Shown here: in pieces, positions 16,684 through 26,605 of the stretch
Layout: each line of letters begins with the position of its first letter
Position numbering within the stretch: position 1 is the stretch's first letter
Origin: a virus
Taxonomy: Duplodnaviria > Caudoviricetes
IMG/VR virus record: IMGVR_UViG_3300020050_010116
Location: 1-64,000 of that record
Direction: 5' to 3' (one strand)
Length of the DNA stretch: 64,000 nucleotides
The notes under the pieces: model-generated
Seen by the model: only the letters and a program-made list of their open reading frames with translations
What the model was told of the DNA's origin: nothing
Databases searched by the model: none
Program-made: the position numbers and the translations under genes

Positions 16684-18546
16684 ATGGACTTAACTTTAAA
16701 AAGTACTAATAACGATACTTCTCTGTTAAACTTGGTATACAGTGCTCAACTGATTGCTGATACTTTTGCAAAAGGTTTGGAAGATAATAATTGTTTACTT
16801 ATAAGTACTGTACAGCTTCACCAGAAGATAAATGATACTATAAAGGATGTAACTGATCTTACTGAACCTGTATATAATACTCCAGAAGAATTGGTTAACA
16901 AAGTTACGCTACCTAAAGCTGATTCACTTAATCCTTTAGTTGCAGGCGTTATCCAGAGTTCAAAAGAAAGGTGTTTTAATTGTAAAGTGAGTCTTCCTAA
17001 ACTCTCTTTTAAAGGGGATTTAGATTTTTCACTAGATGACATGAAAGCTCATATACAGTTATATAAAGACTTATTTAATTTTCAAAAGATTAATCCTTGT
17101 CAGGCTATTGATATGTTTAAATATCAATGTATTCCTGATGTACTACGCCTTATCGCTTTATTACTCAATGCGTATCTAATGATTACTAGTTTAAGAAGAC
17201 TAACTGGCCTTTCACTTAGTGTGTTCATAAAAGGAATTATTTCAGCGTTATTGGGTAAACTGATAGCTTCAGTAAATATTTCATTAAACTTAGGGCAACT
17301 CAATCTTAGCTGTTTTATTGAGTATTTAAATCAGATTCTAGCTGCTATTCCTAGTACTGATAACATAGTAGCTAATTTCACTTCAGAGCAAATAATCGGT
17401 TTGATTGAAGCACTTCCTATAGAAGTTCAAAGAAATCTAATTGCAACCTATCTTGATAACACATACTTAGTGCCAGATGATGGCCCTTACTATAGTAGGA
17501 ATACACTGAGTATCTTGGCTTCTAGAATACCAAAGTCAGATCTGTCAGGTTTATTAGAGCTTAATGGTTTTAACACTAGTGCTACTGATGCGCTAAATAA
17601 CTTAACTCCTGATCTTAATAAACAAGTTAGTGATGCTTCAACAGAACTAAACACCATTGTTACAGAGAGTACCGCTAAAGCATCAAACTTAATCGAGAAG
17701 TTTAATCAAAGAGCTTTTAAACGTACCGTAAGAGATACTAACGAGGAAATAAAAACAGCACAACAAGGGCTAGACTCTCTCTTCAAAGATTTAAGTGATA
17801 CTGTAAATAATGCTGTAGGCACTTTTAACGGGTTCATAGAACAGATACAGTCTTTAAAGGCTTACTTTGAATGCGAGCTTACTAGATCTTCAGACGACCT
17901 CTTAAGTTTAATGACTGAACTGAACAAAGTAATAAAAATGCTTAATCTTTTAAGTTCTGTTGTATACGCCTTAGCTAAAAAAGATGTAAGAAAGAAATGT
18001 CAAAAAGCAAGCGTAGCTAATAAATTATCTACAGGTGCTAAACTGACAGAAGATGAACTACTGTTAAAAGATTTTCTACAGGATTTCTATCAAAAACAAG
18101 TAGAAATTGTAGCAACTGAAGAAGAGAACATTGAGATATTAGTCTACGAGCGTCCAATCATTACAGGGTTACCCAAGATCAGTCTTCTTGACTGTAGCAT
18201 CGACTCTTTTATAAAAGACCATACTTTAGATGCTGTCGTAGAGAGAGCACTTAAAGACGTACTTGCTGAGACAGAAGATAAAAGAAAGATTGTTGATGAA
18301 CAGCCTTGGGAGTCTTATGTATTTCCAAATCTGACAGGAGGCACTGTTTTTCAAGAAGAGCTTAAAACACTTACAGACATTTTATACTCAAAGCCTGACA
18401 TACCCACAACAAGCTTTGACACAAAACAGTCTTTTAATATAAAACCTAACTACCAAGAGAACAAAAACAATATATTAAATAATACAGTTAAATGTACTTC
18501 CATTGCTGACGTTCTTAATATACTTGATAATTTAGAGGGGCTGTAA
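16684..18546 (+). CDS. Hypothetical helical, Cys-containing protein
   Basis: 620-aa ORF between the TerL region and portal, with long predicted helices and scattered Cys. No family was recognised. Confidence 0.6.
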   Translation: MDLTLKSTNNDTSLLNLVYSAQLIADTFAKGLEDNNCLLISTVQLHQKINDTIKDVTDLTEPVYNTPEELVNKVTLPKADSLNPLVAGVIQSSKERCFNCKVSLPKLSFKGDLDFSLDDMKAHIQLYKDLFNFQKINPCQAIDMFKYQCIPDVLRLIALLLNAYLMITSLRRLTGLSLSVFIKGIISALLGKLIASVNISLNLGQLNLSCFIEYLNQILAAIPSTDNIVANFTSEQIIGLIEALPIEVQRNLIATYLDNTYLVPDDGPYYSRNTLSILASRIPKSDLSGLLELNGFNTSATDALNNLTPDLNKQVSDASTELNTIVTESTAKASNLIEKFNQRAFKRTVRDTNEEIKTAQQGLDSLFKDLSDTVNNAVGTFNGFIEQIQSLKAYFECELTRSSDDLLSLMTELNKVIKMLNLLSSVVYALAKKDVRKKCQKASVANKLSTGAKLTEDELLLKDFLQDFYQKQVEIVATEEENIEILVYERPIITGLPKISLLDCSIDSFIKDHTLDAVVERALKDVLAETEDKRKIVDEQPWESYVFPNLTGGTVFQEELKTLTDILYSKPDIPTTSFDTKQSFNIKPNYQENKNNILNNTVKCTSIADVLNILDNLEGL

Positions 18547-20165
18547 TGTTACTTGAAACAGAATTAAAAAATACACACAACACTACCATACTCGATGCTA
18601 GTAGAGCCATTACGTTAAGGCCTAGTGCATCACCTAACTTTAGATATATAGTTAGCAGATTAAATGGATTGTCTGCTGATTCTTATACAGACATGGAATA
18701 CGATTTTTCAGAACATGGTCGTATTATAGATACAGATAGTTTAGTCACCAATGCATTTAAAAAGAAGCGCCAAGCGATTACCAAGGAAGGTTTTGAACTT
18801 GTTTCTAAAAACAAAAGAAACGTAGATTACATTAATAAGAGAATATCTGAGATTGAGTTTGTAACAGGAACATCGTTTGAGACAATTGTCGAAGAAATTA
18901 CTGAGAATTTAGTTAACTACAATAATTGCTTTCTTCTTAAGTATAAGAATGAGAAGAACTCTACTGGACGTGTTAGAGAAGTTGCTAATAAGACTGTCAA
19001 ACCTATAGCTGGAATATACGTACTAGCTACACCAACTATAGATACAGCTAATAATAAGCAAGGTCAGATAATTCGCTACAGACATAGAATTAGCGATTAC
19101 TACACTAAAATATTTAAAGCAGATGATATCGTACATATTTATCAAAATAAACGTACTGGCATGACTGTAGGAACACCTCCGTTAGAGTCAGTGAGAGATG
19201 ATGTGTATACATTAAGAAATATTGAGCAATGCACTGAAACTATGATATACAGAAATGCTTCTCCTTTTATACATGTAAAAGTAGGCGATAAAGATCAGCC
19301 TGCTAGCTTATTACAAGACGGTAGTTCAGAAGTCGATGTGTATTCAGCTATTATTGATAATATGAGTCAGTACGGAGGTGTAGCGACTCCTCATAGAGTC
19401 AATATTGAACTTAAAGGTTCTGAATCTCAAGCACTACGTCTGGAGAGCTATCTGACTTACTTTCAAAATAGAGTGTTATCAGGTTTAGGTGTCTCTAAAG
19501 TAGATCTATCTATAGGGGACAGTACAACAGGAGGCTCAGCTGCAATTATCTCTCAATCGCTTAAGGATGATGTAAGGGCTTATCAGAAAACTATTAGTAA
19601 CTTCATAACTAACGAAATATTTAATGAATTGCTAATGGAGTCCAAATATTACTACGGCAGACTTACTGTGCCTAAAGAAGAAAAGGTTGTATTTACTTTC
19701 ATAGAGAATGATATAGACCAAAGAATAAAAATAGAAAGTCACTACTTAAATATGGTGCAGGGCGGACTAGTTACTAAAGAGTTTGCTATGCAGTTTATTA
19801 AAAGCATGGAGAAAAAGGATATCCAACCCGACCCTCCTGTTGAGAAAGGAAGTGTTTCTATTACTAAAAAAACTGGAAGCACTAGTAATACTTTAAAAAC
19901 TAACGCTTCTACTCCAAAACGAGCAATCAGAGATAGTGCACTAACATTATATTTTAATAGTAGTGAATCAGATGTAACTAAGTTAATTACTTATGCACAA
20001 CAAGAACTATTGCTAACTACTGAATATTATGATATAATTAATAACTTATATAACACAGCTTTAGAAGTCAGAGAAACTCTGGGTGAAGAGTATGCATATC
20101 AACTTATAGAAGAAACATTAGTTGATTTAGCATTAGAGCAAGTATTAATAAATGAGGAGGAATAA
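18546..20165 (+). CDS. Portal protein
   Basis: 539 aa, immediately upstream of the protease and capsid genes. It has the portal-like GTPPLESVRDD..LRNIE...IYR..SPFIHVKVG and LGVSKVDL patterns. Confidence 0.85.
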   Translation: MLLETELKNTHNTTILDASRAITLRPSASPNFRYIVSRLNGLSADSYTDMEYDFSEHGRIIDTDSLVTNAFKKKRQAITKEGFELVSKNKRNVDYINKRISEIEFVTGTSFETIVEEITENLVNYNNCFLLKYKNEKNSTGRVREVANKTVKPIAGIYVLATPTIDTANNKQGQIIRYRHRISDYYTKIFKADDIVHIYQNKRTGMTVGTPPLESVRDDVYTLRNIEQCTETMIYRNASPFIHVKVGDKDQPASLLQDGSSEVDVYSAIIDNMSQYGGVATPHRVNIELKGSESQALRLESYLTYFQNRVLSGLGVSKVDLSIGDSTTGGSAAIISQSLKDDVRAYQKTISNFITNEIFNELLMESKYYYGRLTVPKEEKVVFTFIENDIDQRIKIESHYLNMVQGGLVTKEFAMQFIKSMEKKDIQPDPPVEKGSVSITKKTGSTSNTLKTNASTPKRAIRDSALTLYFNSSESDVTKLITYAQQELLLTTEYYDIINNLYNTALEVRETLGEEYAYQLIEETLVDLALEQVLINEEE

Positions 20166-21877
20166 TGACTCTAAAACTACAAGATGATATTCTTTTAAAA
20201 TATAATAATTTTACTATAAAAGATAGTAAAGGGATTGATAGTTTAAAAGTAAAAATAGAAGCTTCACACGCAGGTATAATTAATAAGAATGATGTCTTCT
20301 ATACCCCAAAGTCTTTAAGACAAGGTTCTGACACATTAGTGAATCCTTATGCTAAGACATTACAAAGAAAACATTATAATAAGTCTGTAGGTAAAATAGA
20401 AAAATCTTACTATGTTGACACAGTTAGTAAAAATGATGTATACTATAAAGCTATAGAAGAAGCTAAAACTCCTGCTGACTTAGTTAATAGTGTAAACACC
20501 TATCTACAATCTAGCGTCTATAAGAATTCCAATAAGAAAGGATTAGGTGCTTTGTATATTGAAGGCGTTATTTATGATAATTCAAAAATAACTGAATTAC
20601 AGGATAGAGTGTCAGGACATGTATCTATTGCTGGAGACTCAACCAGAGCTTTCTGTAGTATCTGTGCAAAAACAGCAGGAACTTGTACACACAAACCTGG
20701 AAGTACTTATAACAGAAGAAAAGCATTTATTATTGTTGACTCTTCGGAATTAGATCACGTTAGCTTTGAAGAGCATCCTGCTGATGATCAAACACATACT
20801 TACATATTACAAGATAGTGAAATTTATTCAAGTCTGGATATCTTAGACTTTAACGAAAAAGGACCAAATATGAAATTAACTTTAGATGATTTAAAACAAA
20901 AATTATCTGACACTAGTTCTCTATTTACTGAATTTAATATTAAACCAGAACTTGAGCTTAAAGACTCTGAGTTTGATTCAGATTATTTAGTTGATAAACT
21001 ATTGCCACTTACTACCCCTCAAGCTCTTTATATTGCTTCTAAATTAGTACTAGAATTACAAGATTCAGAAGATAAAGATTTCCTTACTGATAAAGTAACT
21101 GCTCAAATGGAGAAAGTACTTGAAGGAAAAACTCTTGAAGAGATTGAAGCAACTATTTTAGCTGTTGCTGCGCCTGAAGAGCCTACTGTTGATCCTGTAG
21201 TTACAGAGCCAGTGTTAGCAGCACCTGTTGATACATCAAAAGAAGAAGTGTTGCTACAACTTAAAACACTAGCAACACAATTAAGTGAACTTTCAACTAG
21301 TGTACTCTCTCTTAAAGACAGTGCTAGTGCAAAACAAGGTACTTTAGTTCAAAAAGAATTAACTATGCTTCGCAGCGACTCTGCATTAAAAGATAAAATA
21401 ATTAGTAACTTGACTGCAGAATTAAAAACTGCTATACTAGATCAAGTAGTTACTAAGATTAAAGATTCTGCTAAAAAAGATCAGTTTTTAACTCAAGTTG
21501 CTGATAAATCTCTGGCAGAAGTTAAAACTGCAATTGCAATTCTGGATTGTTATTTGGAAGATACTCCTGTAGTAGAGCCAGAACAAAAACCAATCGCTAT
21601 TCAAGATAACGCTTTAAACACACCGGAACCAGAGCTTGTGCCTGTTCCTGTTGCTACAGCAATTCTTGACTCAGCTACAAAAACAGATGAAGAATTAGCT
21701 GCTGAAGAGAAAAACAAAGTAGTTGAATCTTATGTTGAAAAATTAGAGATTAAAGATAGTGTTCTTAGTAGAAAAAGCTTTGAAACCACTTTCAAAGAAA
21801 TTGTACGAGATCATGGTTTAGATGTGGCTCGCGACTTTTCAAATCAAATTAAAGATAAAAAATATAGCATTAAATAA
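20165..21877 (+). CDS. Prohead maturation protease fused to scaffold domain
   Basis: IEASH(AG) His motif, GHVSIAG Ser motif, CSIC...CTH Zn insert and ELDHVSF..HPAD. The acidic helical C-terminal half is scaffold-like. Confidence 0.85.
   Translation: MTLKLQDDILLKYNNFTIKDSKGIDSLKVKIEASHAGIINKNDVFYTPKSLRQGSDTLVNPYAKTLQRKHYNKSVGKIEKSYYVDTVSKNDVYYKAIEEAKTPADLVNSVNTYLQSSVYKNSNKKGLGALYIEGVIYDNSKITELQDRVSGHVSIAGDSTRAFCSICAKTAGTCTHKPGSTYNRRKAFIIVDSSELDHVSFEEHPADDQTHTYILQDSEIYSSLDILDFNEKGPNMKLTLDDLKQKLSDTSSLFTEFNIKPELELKDSEFDSDYLVDKLLPLTTPQALYIASKLVLELQDSEDKDFLTDKVTAQMEKVLEGKTLEEIEATILAVAAPEEPTVDPVVTEPVLAAPVDTSKEEVLLQLKTLATQLSELSTSVLSLKDSASAKQGTLVQKELTMLRSDSALKDKIISNLTAELKTAILDQVVTKIKDSAKKDQFLTQVADKSLAEVKTAIAILDCYLEDTPVVEPEQKPIAIQDNALNTPEPELVPVPVATAILDSATKTDEELAAEEKNKVVESYVEKLEIKDSVLSRKSFETTFKEIVRDHGLDVARDFSNQIKDKKYSIK
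20870..21877 (+). CDS. Possible nested in-frame scaffold protein (internal start)
   Basis: In-frame ATG at 20870 preceded by AAAAGGA-ccaaat, right after the protease domain ends. Confidence 0.45.
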   Translation: MKLTLDDLKQKLSDTSSLFTEFNIKPELELKDSEFDSDYLVDKLLPLTTPQALYIASKLVLELQDSEDKDFLTDKVTAQMEKVLEGKTLEEIEATILAVAAPEEPTVDPVVTEPVLAAPVDTSKEEVLLQLKTLATQLSELSTSVLSLKDSASAKQGTLVQKELTMLRSDSALKDKIISNLTAELKTAILDQVVTKIKDSAKKDQFLTQVADKSLAEVKTAIAILDCYLEDTPVVEPEQKPIAIQDNALNTPEPELVPVPVATAILDSATKTDEELAAEEKNKVVESYVEKLEIKDSVLSRKSFETTFKEIVRDHGLDVARDFSNQIKDKKYSIK

Positions 21878-21894
21878 TTTGGAGATATTCAAAT

Positions 21895-22845
21895 ATGCAG
21901 ACTTATGATAGCTTTGCTAACGGTACAGTAAATCGTGCAGGATTCGAGCACTACAAAATTCAACACGTACCAAACAACAGCTTCAGCGATGGTATTGCAC
22001 CCGCTGGTCGTCACGTTGTAGCCCCTTACCTACCACTACTTCGTTATAATGATGAGAAATTTACTCATGTTGTTATTTCAAGTGGTAAGATCGTAGCCAA
22101 AGACTCCCGTGGTGGTGTAGTTCCAGCAGGCTTACGTTTTGAAGCTGAAGCTTATGCTACTGCTCTTGCAACTTCTGTTGCTGCTGCAGATGCTCAGGCA
22201 TTAGTACGTTACACAGCATTAGATGTTGCTAACGGCATTAAAAACTTTAAAGGTATTTTAGTTACAGCTAATGAGCCAGTTGTTAAATCATTCTTCACCG
22301 GTAATACTTTAGACAATGAAATCTCTTTCTATGTTGGTGTTGCCCAGTATGATATTTTCCAACACGCTGGTGGTGATAATTCAAACCCAACTCAGTTGAA
22401 CTACACTAACTTTAACATTCAACCAAACATTTCATTCATGTGCGATTATCATCAACAATACCCTGTTGTAAAAGATGTAGCTACTATGCGTACTGCACCT
22501 CTTGCTGGTATTGCTGCTATGGTCGCTGATTTGGGCACCTATTCATACGGTTCTTTCGTAACCTATGATCGTGAATCAAACTTCGTACCTTGTGCTAAAC
22601 ACGGTTTTGGTAGTGTTAATATGGCTGCTGTTGTTGGTCAAATCACTGACTTTACCCAATTTAAAAATCCTAACACCGGTGCTGTTGTTGGTAACCATAA
22701 CTTCTTGGATAAGATTGTTGCACCTAATGCTGCTACTGCAAATGCATTAAATGCACTTCCAAACTCACAGAATGACGGTCTAGGTACTTTTATTATTAAA
22801 TCAAATGGATACGCAATGGTAGAATTTGGATTGCACTTCCGTTAA
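21895..22845 (+). CDS. Head decoration / capsid-stabilising protein
   Basis: 316 aa between the scaffold and the major capsid protein, with a GGAGA RBS and high-expression codon style (CGT/GGT/GCT). The assignment is by synteny. Confidence 0.6.
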   Translation: MQTYDSFANGTVNRAGFEHYKIQHVPNNSFSDGIAPAGRHVVAPYLPLLRYNDEKFTHVVISSGKIVAKDSRGGVVPAGLRFEAEAYATALATSVAAADAQALVRYTALDVANGIKNFKGILVTANEPVVKSFFTGNTLDNEISFYVGVAQYDIFQHAGGDNSNPTQLNYTNFNIQPNISFMCDYHQQYPVVKDVATMRTAPLAGIAAMVADLGTYSYGSFVTYDRESNFVPCAKHGFGSVNMAAVVGQITDFTQFKNPNTGAVVGNHNFLDKIVAPNAATANALNALPNSQNDGLGTFIIKSNGYAMVEFGLHFR

Positions 22846-22879
22846 TTCTTAACTAAATAATTACAAGGAAAAATAAAAT

Positions 22880-24070
22880 ATGAAATATGAAGATTTACGT
22901 CAGCTTGTAAAAACAGGTGGTTCTTTATTTGATGAGGCCACTCAGAGTGAAATTCGTTATTCTTTGAAAGATGCTGTTGCTACTCCTGATGCTCCTCAAC
23001 ACTTAATGCGCGTATATACCGAAGTTGTTCAAGAAGCTATTGAAATGCAAATGGTAGGTCAACGTCTAATTCGCACTATGCGTTTTGAAGATGTGATGGG
23101 TGAGTCAGTAACCTACAAGTGGATTGGTGCTGGTAACATTCCTAACGTTGATCGTGCAGAGAGTGGCGAATACCCAGAATTCTCAATCGCTGTTGGTCAA
23201 AGCTCAAACATTCGCGCTCAATTCCGTCAATGTGGTCTTGTTGTTAAAGTTACTCGTGAACAAATTGATCAAGGTCAGTGGGATGTAATCCGTGTTCACA
23301 TTACTGAAGCAGCTAAGGCTCTTGCTCGTGCTAAAGAAAAGCGTATCTTTGAATTGTTTGACAGTCAAGGTGTTGTAGTTTTTGATAACGATACTCCTGC
23401 CGGTTCAATCAAAGGTGTTTGTACTGGTCGTGACCGTTTCGGTGTTAAGAATGGTGCTATCACTCAAGAAGATTTGTTCGACATGTATTGTCAAGGTCTT
23501 GCTAATGGTTATAACCCTAATGTAATCTTAATGCACCCACTTGCATTCCCGATCTTCCAAAAAGATCCTATTCTACGTAATGCTGGTTATAACATGTATA
23601 ATCCACGTGAGTTCATTAATAGTCAATTGAATCCAATCAATTCCTATAAGAACGGCACTATTGATACATGGCGTAGTCAACAACGTATGGCTTCAGGTAA
23701 AGGTCAACGTTTGACTAACAAAGAGATTGAACTTACCACTACTGGTTTCAACAGCTTACCAAGCTACAGTCCATTAGCAGGTGTTACAATTGTTACCTCG
23801 CACTTAGTACCGTTTGATCGTATTAATCAAACTACTTCAATTCTCATGATTGATACTGAGTCCTCAGGTGTTCTTAACGTTAAAGCTCCTTTAACTGTTG
23901 ATTCATGGGAAGAGCAGACTCGTGAGATCATTGCCGTACGTTTGAAAGAATCATACAGTATTGATGTAATTGATGGTGGTTTAGGTATTCTTGTTGCTAA
24001 GAATATTCCTCTAGTACCTAACGAATTGTTTATCAACCCACAAGTTGTTATTAACGATTTAACTGACTAA
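22880..24070 (+). CDS. Major capsid protein (HK97 fold)
   Basis: 396 aa with DRAESGEYPEFS, GLVVKVTRE.I...QWDVI..HI..AAKALAR.KE and LKESY motifs. It has high-expression codons and is followed by a terminator. Confidence 0.92.
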   Translation: MKYEDLRQLVKTGGSLFDEATQSEIRYSLKDAVATPDAPQHLMRVYTEVVQEAIEMQMVGQRLIRTMRFEDVMGESVTYKWIGAGNIPNVDRAESGEYPEFSIAVGQSSNIRAQFRQCGLVVKVTREQIDQGQWDVIRVHITEAAKALARAKEKRIFELFDSQGVVVFDNDTPAGSIKGVCTGRDRFGVKNGAITQEDLFDMYCQGLANGYNPNVILMHPLAFPIFQKDPILRNAGYNMYNPREFINSQLNPINSYKNGTIDTWRSQQRMASGKGQRLTNKEIELTTTGFNSLPSYSPLAGVTIVTSHLVPFDRINQTTSILMIDTESSGVLNVKAPLTVDSWEEQTREIIAVRLKESYSIDVIDGGLGILVAKNIPLVPNELFINPQVVINDLTD

Positions 24071-24084
24071 TAAAAATAATTTAT

Positions 24085-24123
24085 GTGTGGGAGGGTTCTT
24101 CTTGTCGCCCTCCCCACTTTTTT
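24085..24123 (+). terminator. Rho-independent terminator after major capsid gene
   Basis: GTGTGGGAGGG...CCCTCCCCAC stem followed by TTTTTT. Confidence 0.75.
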
Positions 24124-24131
24124 AGGAATAT

Positions 24132-24500
24132 ATGATGCTGAAATTAGAAATTAAAAAATACTCTTTCTTCTACTGTGGTGATATTGCCTTGTCGAAGAAA
24201 AGCAAACCTACTATTGAACTCGATATTGATAAACTTGAAGATAAAATTGTAAAAGGCCTTTTACGTGCTATTGCTACTAGTGCTATCGACTGTACTGTAG
24301 GTTATGAAGACTTGCTAAAAAGAGCTGATAAAGTACTTAAAGATGAAGAAGAAAAGGTAGTCGAAGATGATGCAGCCAAAGAAAAAGAAAACGAAGAAAC
24401 CCAAAAAAGTGAAGATGTAGTTTCCTCTGAACCTGCTGAAGAAGTTTCTCAAGTTGAAGATAAACCAACTCCAGCTAAACGTACACGTACTAGTAAATAA
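24132..24500 (+). CDS. Hypothetical protein with acidic/basic disordered tail
   Basis: 122 aa with an AGGA RBS and an E/K-rich C-terminus. Confidence 0.65.
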   Translation: MMLKLEIKKYSFFYCGDIALSKKSKPTIELDIDKLEDKIVKGLLRAIATSAIDCTVGYEDLLKRADKVLKDEEEKVVEDDAAKEKENEETQKSEDVVSSEPAEEVSQVEDKPTPAKRTRTSK

Positions 24501-24525
24501 TATCAAACTTAAAGGGTTTTAGTAT

Positions 24526-25578
24526 ATGAGCTTAACACTTTTAAATCAAATTGAAGAACTCAACTCATTCCCTGTTACTCAAAAAATATTCTTAAAATCT
24601 GCAAGCCAGCTAGAAAGTTCAGATTTTAAGAATACAATCCTTTTATTCGACATTCCTAGAAAGGATGCTTTACTTAACTTAGCTAAACCTCATTCTTTTA
24701 ATTTGGGTTTAGTATCGCGTCAGTATCAAACAGTCTCTCTGGATTATAGGCAAGTACCTGTTGACAATTACTACACAATAGAGGTAACTCCTCAAAAACC
24801 TTTAGAGTTAAGCTCCAGTTACTTATTGTACATTGATAGCGCTTTGTCTACCCCTTTTGTTATTAAAAATAAGCTGGTAAGTAAAAGTAATTCTGATATT
24901 ATTGTTAGCGTAGTAAGTTCTAATGTTAACAGAGATATTCTTTTAAATATTAAAATACTAAGTACTTCTAAGATAACTTCTAATTCTAATCATGTAAAAA
25001 TTGAATTGACTTATGATGGAAGTATTACAACAAAAGTACTTAATTTATTTAATAGTGACACTATAGAATTAAATCAAACAATTATACAGTTTCCTTCTAA
25101 AGTATATCTTGAAGGAGAAGAGTTTAATTTTGTTATACAAGAACGTTACTCTGTAGATAATAGCCCAAGTACTTATATAATTAACACTGTAGATGATCTT
25201 AAGATACTCCCTAGATTAAATACACAAGAAACTTCCAGTGAGATATCAAATCAAGATATTTTAGATTTTTATAATAATGTTGATACTCCTCCTGTTGAAG
25301 TTACTTATGATATTGTCTACACGGATTTAAATCAATTTGAAATAAGACTACCCGCTTTTGTTAATAAATTAGACGTAGATATAAATAACGTTAAAGCAAA
25401 TATTAGTAAGGCTTTCAATAACTATCTAATCCAGAATCTTGGGCTTTATGAAGACTCTAATAAATACTTGTTAAAACTTATATGGGATGAAGATTCAAAG
25501 AGTATCATTGTAGTAGTACTCTACAATGAGGACTCACTTGTCAATGATCGTATTACTATTGACTTAGGAGATTGGTGA
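24526..25578 (+). CDS. Hypothetical beta-rich structural protein
   Basis: 350 aa in the head-neck region. IEVTPQKPLELSSSYLLYI resembles an Ig-like strand pattern. Confidence 0.55.
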   Translation: MSLTLLNQIEELNSFPVTQKIFLKSASQLESSDFKNTILLFDIPRKDALLNLAKPHSFNLGLVSRQYQTVSLDYRQVPVDNYYTIEVTPQKPLELSSSYLLYIDSALSTPFVIKNKLVSKSNSDIIVSVVSSNVNRDILLNIKILSTSKITSNSNHVKIELTYDGSITTKVLNLFNSDTIELNQTIIQFPSKVYLEGEEFNFVIQERYSVDNSPSTYIINTVDDLKILPRLNTQETSSEISNQDILDFYNNVDTPPVEVTYDIVYTDLNQFEIRLPAFVNKLDVDINNVKANISKAFNNYLIQNLGLYEDSNKYLLKLIWDEDSKSIIVVVLYNEDSLVNDRITIDLGDW

Positions 25579-25940
25579 TGCTTACTGTACATAAAAGTAC
25601 TGATACTACTTACGGAAGTATTGCTACGAAATTACTAACAAGTAATTTCATACTGGAGGGTGCTTACCAACTCTTATATATTAAGAATTCAAGTGACAGC
25701 TCTATAACTATACTAGAAGTCAGCGTTTTAAGTCCTCTTGATATTAGTGTAGCAAATGCAACTGGATTTGATCTTTTAGATCCTTTGCTAATTAACTCCA
25801 ATTTTACTTACAGTAGTTCTACTAATCCTGTAGTGTCGTTATTACCTAACGAGTCCTTACCTGTTATGCTAAAAGCAGACATAAATGAATTAGTTGAGCA
25901 TGCTAAAAATAATGTTACTTTGGAGGTAGCTCACGTATGA
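25578..25940 (+). CDS. Hypothetical protein
   Basis: The ORF track starts at TTG 25572. ATG 25578 overlapping the upstream TGA, with a GGAG RBS, is the more likely start. Confidence 0.55.
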   Translation: MLTVHKSTDTTYGSIATKLLTSNFILEGAYQLLYIKNSSDSSITILEVSVLSPLDISVANATGFDLLDPLLINSNFTYSSSTNPVVSLLPNESLPVMLKADINELVEHAKNNVTLEVAHV

Positions 25941-26605
25941 ATATAAATTTAAAATTAGATATCCCTATGTTTAATTATCCAACTTTAAAAGTTAAAACGA
26001 ACCTGTTACTCTATCCTTACTTTTGTACTGAAGATGATGTTTTAAATCCTTTTGAAGATTTTAACGAAGATAAGAATTTTATAAGAAAAATCATATTTGA
26101 TAATTCAATCAGAGTTATGAATAAAACTAAGTTAATTGAGAAGTTAGGAATTGTTGATGAAATAACATTATTTAGTCTTAGACGTGAATACACCATTTGT
26201 CTCAGTTCTCATGATGTTGTTAAAAAACTTAAAGCTGACTTTGTTGCTACTTTAAGTAGAGCTAAATCTTTAGGTGATTTCTCAGTACGTACTACTAAGA
26301 AAACAGATACGATAGTCTTAGAGAGAATCCTCAGAGACAGTCGTGCTTGTATTTTAGAGTATGGAGATCTTATTCAAGAGATAGAATCTAGTCGTGTAGT
26401 ACCAAGAACTTTCATTAAAGGTATAAATAATCCTAACAGTGTGGAGAGTGCTGGACGTTTGTGGTGGTTATCGGAAATGCATCCAAATATTAAGGATGCT
26501 TATGCTTCATCTAAGTATATCTACAATAACAAAAAATATAAAGCAGGAAATTTTCAAATAAAGGAAGAGTATGTTCCAGAATCCAGAGTTGAACCTGAGT
26601 ACTGA
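25937..26605 (+). CDS. Head-tail adaptor / neck protein
   Basis: 222 aa with an SRAKSLGDFSV motif, positioned between capsid and sheath genes. Confidence 0.6.
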   Translation: MNINLKLDIPMFNYPTLKVKTNLLLYPYFCTEDDVLNPFEDFNEDKNFIRKIIFDNSIRVMNKTKLIEKLGIVDEITLFSLRREYTICLSSHDVVKKLKADFVATLSRAKSLGDFSVRTTKKTDTIVLERILRDSRACILEYGDLIQEIESSRVVPRTFIKGINNPNSVESAGRLWWLSEMHPNIKDAYASSKYIYNNKKYKAGNFQIKEEYVPESRVEPEY

